The notes beneath the pieces were generated by a model. The model worked only from the letters and a program-made list of their open reading frames with translations. It had not been told where the DNA came from and did no database searches. A DNA stretch of 58,442 bases from a virus (Duplodnaviria > Caudoviricetes). The stretch is from IMG/VR virus record IMGVR_UViG_3300044641_000792, positions 1 to 58,442 of that record; one strand, 5' to 3'. Both the position numbers and the translations under genes were made by a program. Shown here piece after piece: positions 55,903-58,442 of the stretch (positions within the stretch are counted from its first letter, which is position 1; every line of letters begins with the position of its first letter).

Positions 55903-56402
55903 TTCTTGCTCCAGCTTCTACTTCCGAACCAAAATCCTATAATTCCCCCCAACATGGCCATTTCATCGCTGCTAAACAAAATATCAGTTAAACGAACCAA
56001 ATCTTCCATGCTTGTAACCAAACTAGGACGGCTGTAGATGTAGTAGGCAATCCATGCGTTTATTGCACAGAGTTCCAGTACAAAGATGTAGGTGACCATC
56101 GGGCGAACCGTGCCTACAAAGTTCACCACCCAGCGGCTGGCCTCTTCCATGATCTTCTTATCGTGGTCATAGGCCGCTACAGTCATCTGTGCGTCTGTTT
56201 CCATAGCAATCTGGTCGGTACGAATCTCTTCCATCCGCTCTTGAGCCGCAAAGCCTTGAGCCATCATCTGTAGCTGTAGTTCTACTTGGACGCGGGCAAG
56301 AGCCAATTCATGCTTCTGGTCAGCCTTGTTCTGGAAGAAGTCCAGTAGTTTAGGTAAGCCCGATATAAGCAAACCGCCAAGTGTTGAGAATAGTGAAAGC
56401 AT
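55899..56402 (-). CDS. Putative holin (3-TM, GTA-holin-like)
   Basis: VRPMVTY and GIIGFWFGSR motifs; adjacent to the lysozyme. Confidence 0.65.
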   Translation of the reverse strand: MLSLFSTLGGLLISGLPKLLDFFQNKADQKHELALARVQVELQLQMMAQGFAAQERMEEIRTDQIAMETDAQMTVAAYDHDKKIMEEASRWVVNFVGTVRPMVTYIFVLELCAINAWIAYYIYSRPSLVTSMEDLVRLTDILFSSDEMAMLGGIIGFWFGSRSWSKK

Positions 56403-56554
56403 TATCCGAGTCCTATCATTCCAAGTAGTTTATCGACAATTTTCCCCGCCAACTCATCGGGCAGGAAGCGAAGCAGTCCAAGCACCCACCAAGCAATGCA
56501 CAGCCTGACAAAAACTTTAAGGAAAAGGTCAAACTGTTTTTGGTATTCATTCAC
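56402..56554 (-). CDS. Small membrane protein (50 aa)
   Basis: GTGA-coupled ORF read manually: NEYQKQFDLFLKVFVRLCIAWWVLGLL. Confidence 0.5.
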   Translation of the reverse strand: MNEYQKQFDLFLKVFVRLCIAWWVLGLLRFLPDELAGKIVDKLLGMIGLG

Positions 56555-57045
56555 CGCCCACACCTTGATCTGGCACACAGATCAGAGACTTCATTGATAC
56601 CCCAACCAACAGCACCAATAAACATCACAATAATAACAATGGCAACCGCCCATTGCATCTGTTCAGCTTCGGCTTCTTTGCGCCTTTTTTCTTCAGCGTG
56701 TAAGGCCGCCATCTCTTTGGCATCATCCCTGTCCATTTCAGCTTGACGGGCTTTGGTTGCATTCCATACGTCTATGCGCCCAGCTTGCATGAACAACATT
56801 TTTAACTGCTCTTCAAACCGCTTGGCTTCATCCAAAGCCATCTCAATTTGCAGGGCCGCACCAAGGTTAGACTTACCACCTGTACGCTTGGCTTGAAGCA
56901 TGGCCTTGGTAGCGGTGCTCTTTGCATCAAAAAGCTTGGCTATTGACGGCGTTAGACCTGCCAGATCACTAGCGACTTTACTAGCTTTCTTAACGACACT
57001 GATTGCAGTTTGCAATCCTTCTAGCGCCGTGATTGGATCTATCAT
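56551..57045 (-). CDS. Coiled-coil membrane-anchored protein
   Basis: MIDPITAL start at 57045; C-terminal TM segment. Confidence 0.65.
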   Translation of the reverse strand: MIDPITALEGLQTAISVVKKASKVASDLAGLTPSIAKLFDAKSTATKAMLQAKRTGGKSNLGAALQIEMALDEAKRFEEQLKMLFMQAGRIDVWNATKARQAEMDRDDAKEMAALHAEEKRRKEAEAEQMQWAVAIVIIVMFIGAVGWGINEVSDLCARSRCGR

Positions 57046-57197
57046 TTCCGTACAACCTTTTCCCACTGTAGGCAAACAACTTTGCGGTTATAAACATCAC
57101 CCGTCCACGCCCACCGCACACAGCGGTATTCAGTCTTCCTATCTTGGCTGGCTGCTCCCGGTAAAAACACCAAAAAGAACATCAATAGCCAACGCAT
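57042..57197 (-). CDS. Small secreted Cys-containing protein (51 aa)
   Basis: MRWLLMFFLVFLPGAAS signal-like segment plus YRCVRWAWTGDVYNRKVVCLQW. Confidence 0.5.
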   Translation of the reverse strand: MRWLLMFFLVFLPGAASQDRKTEYRCVRWAWTGDVYNRKVVCLQWEKVVRK

Positions 57198-57295
57198 TTA
57201 TCACACCATACTCCATGCAATTATGTATGTACCATAGATGACGAAGGCCACAAGAAGGGCCGCCGCAATGAATGCTTCAGCCCAGTCCCACATAA

Positions 57296-57538
57296 TCAGT
57301 TAACGGTTACGTCAGTCACGGCCTCTTCAGGCTTGGCTTCTAACGCTGTCTTTAACATTGTGAAGAAGGCATCTCTGCCCACTTGCAACTGATCCACCGA
57401 GAACCTAGCCGAGTTTAATTTTCGGTCAAGATCTGCAACGTGTTCTAGCAAAATGCGTTGCTGGTCAGTAAAGTCATCCAATTGGTGATCTACACCATCA
57501 ATCGTAATGGTTTGGGGTTTGTTTGTATCTTTACCCAT
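57296..57538 (-). CDS. Small tail-fibre-associated coiled-coil protein
   Basis: MGKDTNKPQTITIDGVDH...; AAGGA RBS. Confidence 0.6.
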   Translation of the reverse strand: MGKDTNKPQTITIDGVDHQLDDFTDQQRILLEHVADLDRKLNSARFSVDQLQVGRDAFFTMLKTALEAKPEEAVTDVTVN

Positions 57539-58256
57539 TTTCATTTCCTTTATGTTTACAGTTATTAAAATGCCATCTTGCCATATTTGGCGGATCGCCA
57601 ATTTTATTGCAATGAGGACACGCTATTGTCTCTGCATTTAAGCGAGTTTGTCTAAGTTTTTCTTTTGCACTATCACTATGTTTTCTACCATAGTTAGGAT
57701 TGTTTTTGCCTGAAAACAAAATAGACAAAGTTTTTTTATGTTCTTCGGTAAGTTTTACTCCTCTTTTTTTCATTGCCATTTGAGCATATGATTCTTCTGA
57801 GTGCTTGCTTCCAATGTTTGCAACTTGTATTTTTCTTTTTGTTTCTTCTGGCATCGGGCCTCTAGACACCCCAGTCTTAAGAATACTTAATTTCTGTTTT
57901 GTACTTTTTTTCATTGGCCCCCTAGGTTTTCCTAATTGAGCAAAAGAAATTTTGTGCTTTGCTTCTTGACTATGCACCAGCCCTGAAGCTCCTTCTCCAC
58001 CAACAGTTAAATTTGTTAGTGCGTACCCTAGTTTTTTTAATTGATCGATACGTTCAATTTCAATTAAAAATGCAAAGTCCTCATCAATATTTTCAATTAT
58101 TTTTGAAACATTGAAACCATCTGTTTTTTTAACCACCCTGTGCCAATAAATGTTTCTTCCCATTTTGCTAAAACATCTATTGCCACTCCCTTTACCCACA
58201 TAAAAGACCGCCCCCGTATCTCTACGGATGTGTTCATACACATAGAAGGCAGTCAT
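57531..58256 (-). CDS. Free-standing GIY-YIG-like homing endonuclease with NUMOD3 repeats
   Basis: FYVYEH...FYVGKG..NR, LTNLTVGGEG, repeated HSQEAKHKIS/HSDSAKEKLR; AT-rich DNA. Confidence 0.8.
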   Translation of the reverse strand: MTAFYVYEHIRRDTGAVFYVGKGSGNRCFSKMGRNIYWHRVVKKTDGFNVSKIIENIDEDFAFLIEIERIDQLKKLGYALTNLTVGGEGASGLVHSQEAKHKISFAQLGKPRGPMKKSTKQKLSILKTGVSRGPMPEETKRKIQVANIGSKHSEESYAQMAMKKRGVKLTEEHKKTLSILFSGKNNPNYGRKHSDSAKEKLRQTRLNAETIACPHCNKIGDPPNMARWHFNNCKHKGNENG

Positions 58257-58270
58257 TTATCAGTCGCCAG

Positions 58271-58442
58271 TTAAGCAACCCAAGGAAGGGCGGTGTTCGC
58301 TGGACTCACTGGAGGATTGGCTAAAGAATCTAGTTGTCCCTGCACACACTGCTGTGCGCTTGTAATGGCTGACTCAGGAATCCAACCAATGACGGTGGCT
58401 TCTGTTAGGCTGGCGTAGGGAATGAATGCACCCTCTTGGTCA
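58271..58442 (-). CDS. Tail-fibre-associated protein, 5'-truncated
   Basis: ...FIPYASLTEATVIGWI...NPPVSPANTALPWVA*, read manually. Confidence 0.65.
   Translation of the reverse strand, partial: DQEGAFIPYASLTEATVIGWIPESAITSAQQCVQGQLDSLANPPVSPANTALPWVA

Overview
Near-complete genome (~58 kb, cut inside the tail-fibre region at both ends) of a tailed dsDNA phage. It is probably short-tailed (podovirus-like), since there is no tape measure, tail tube or sheath gene. The host is probably a Beta/Gammaproteobacterium, from the CTGT-N8-ACAG SOS box and sigma70 promoters. Layout: a minus-strand packaging/head/tail module (terS, terL, portal, GroES-like, scaffold, major capsid; 1-19.4 kb); plus-strand early genes including a Mom-like DNA modifier (19.6-25.9 kb); a minus-strand primase/MTase/helicase/ParB-like module (25.8-33 kb); a plus-strand recombination operon (33.4-38.3 kb); and minus-strand ejection/polyvalent, lysis and homing-endonuclease genes (38.4-58.4 kb). 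No integrase, DNA polymerase or RNA polymerase was recognised. The most striking feature is at 33.03-34.5 kb: a sigma70 promoter drives three tracts of strictly 5-nt-periodic GG(Y/A)NN repeats separated by conserved hairpins, directly followed by a stand-alone Cas7/RAMP-like gene and a coupled accessory gene. This is a candidate non-CRISPR RNA-guided system. It sits next to a dense cluster of other structured ncRNA candidates (31.9-32.7 kb). All calls come from reading the sequence and recalled family motifs; no database searches were run.
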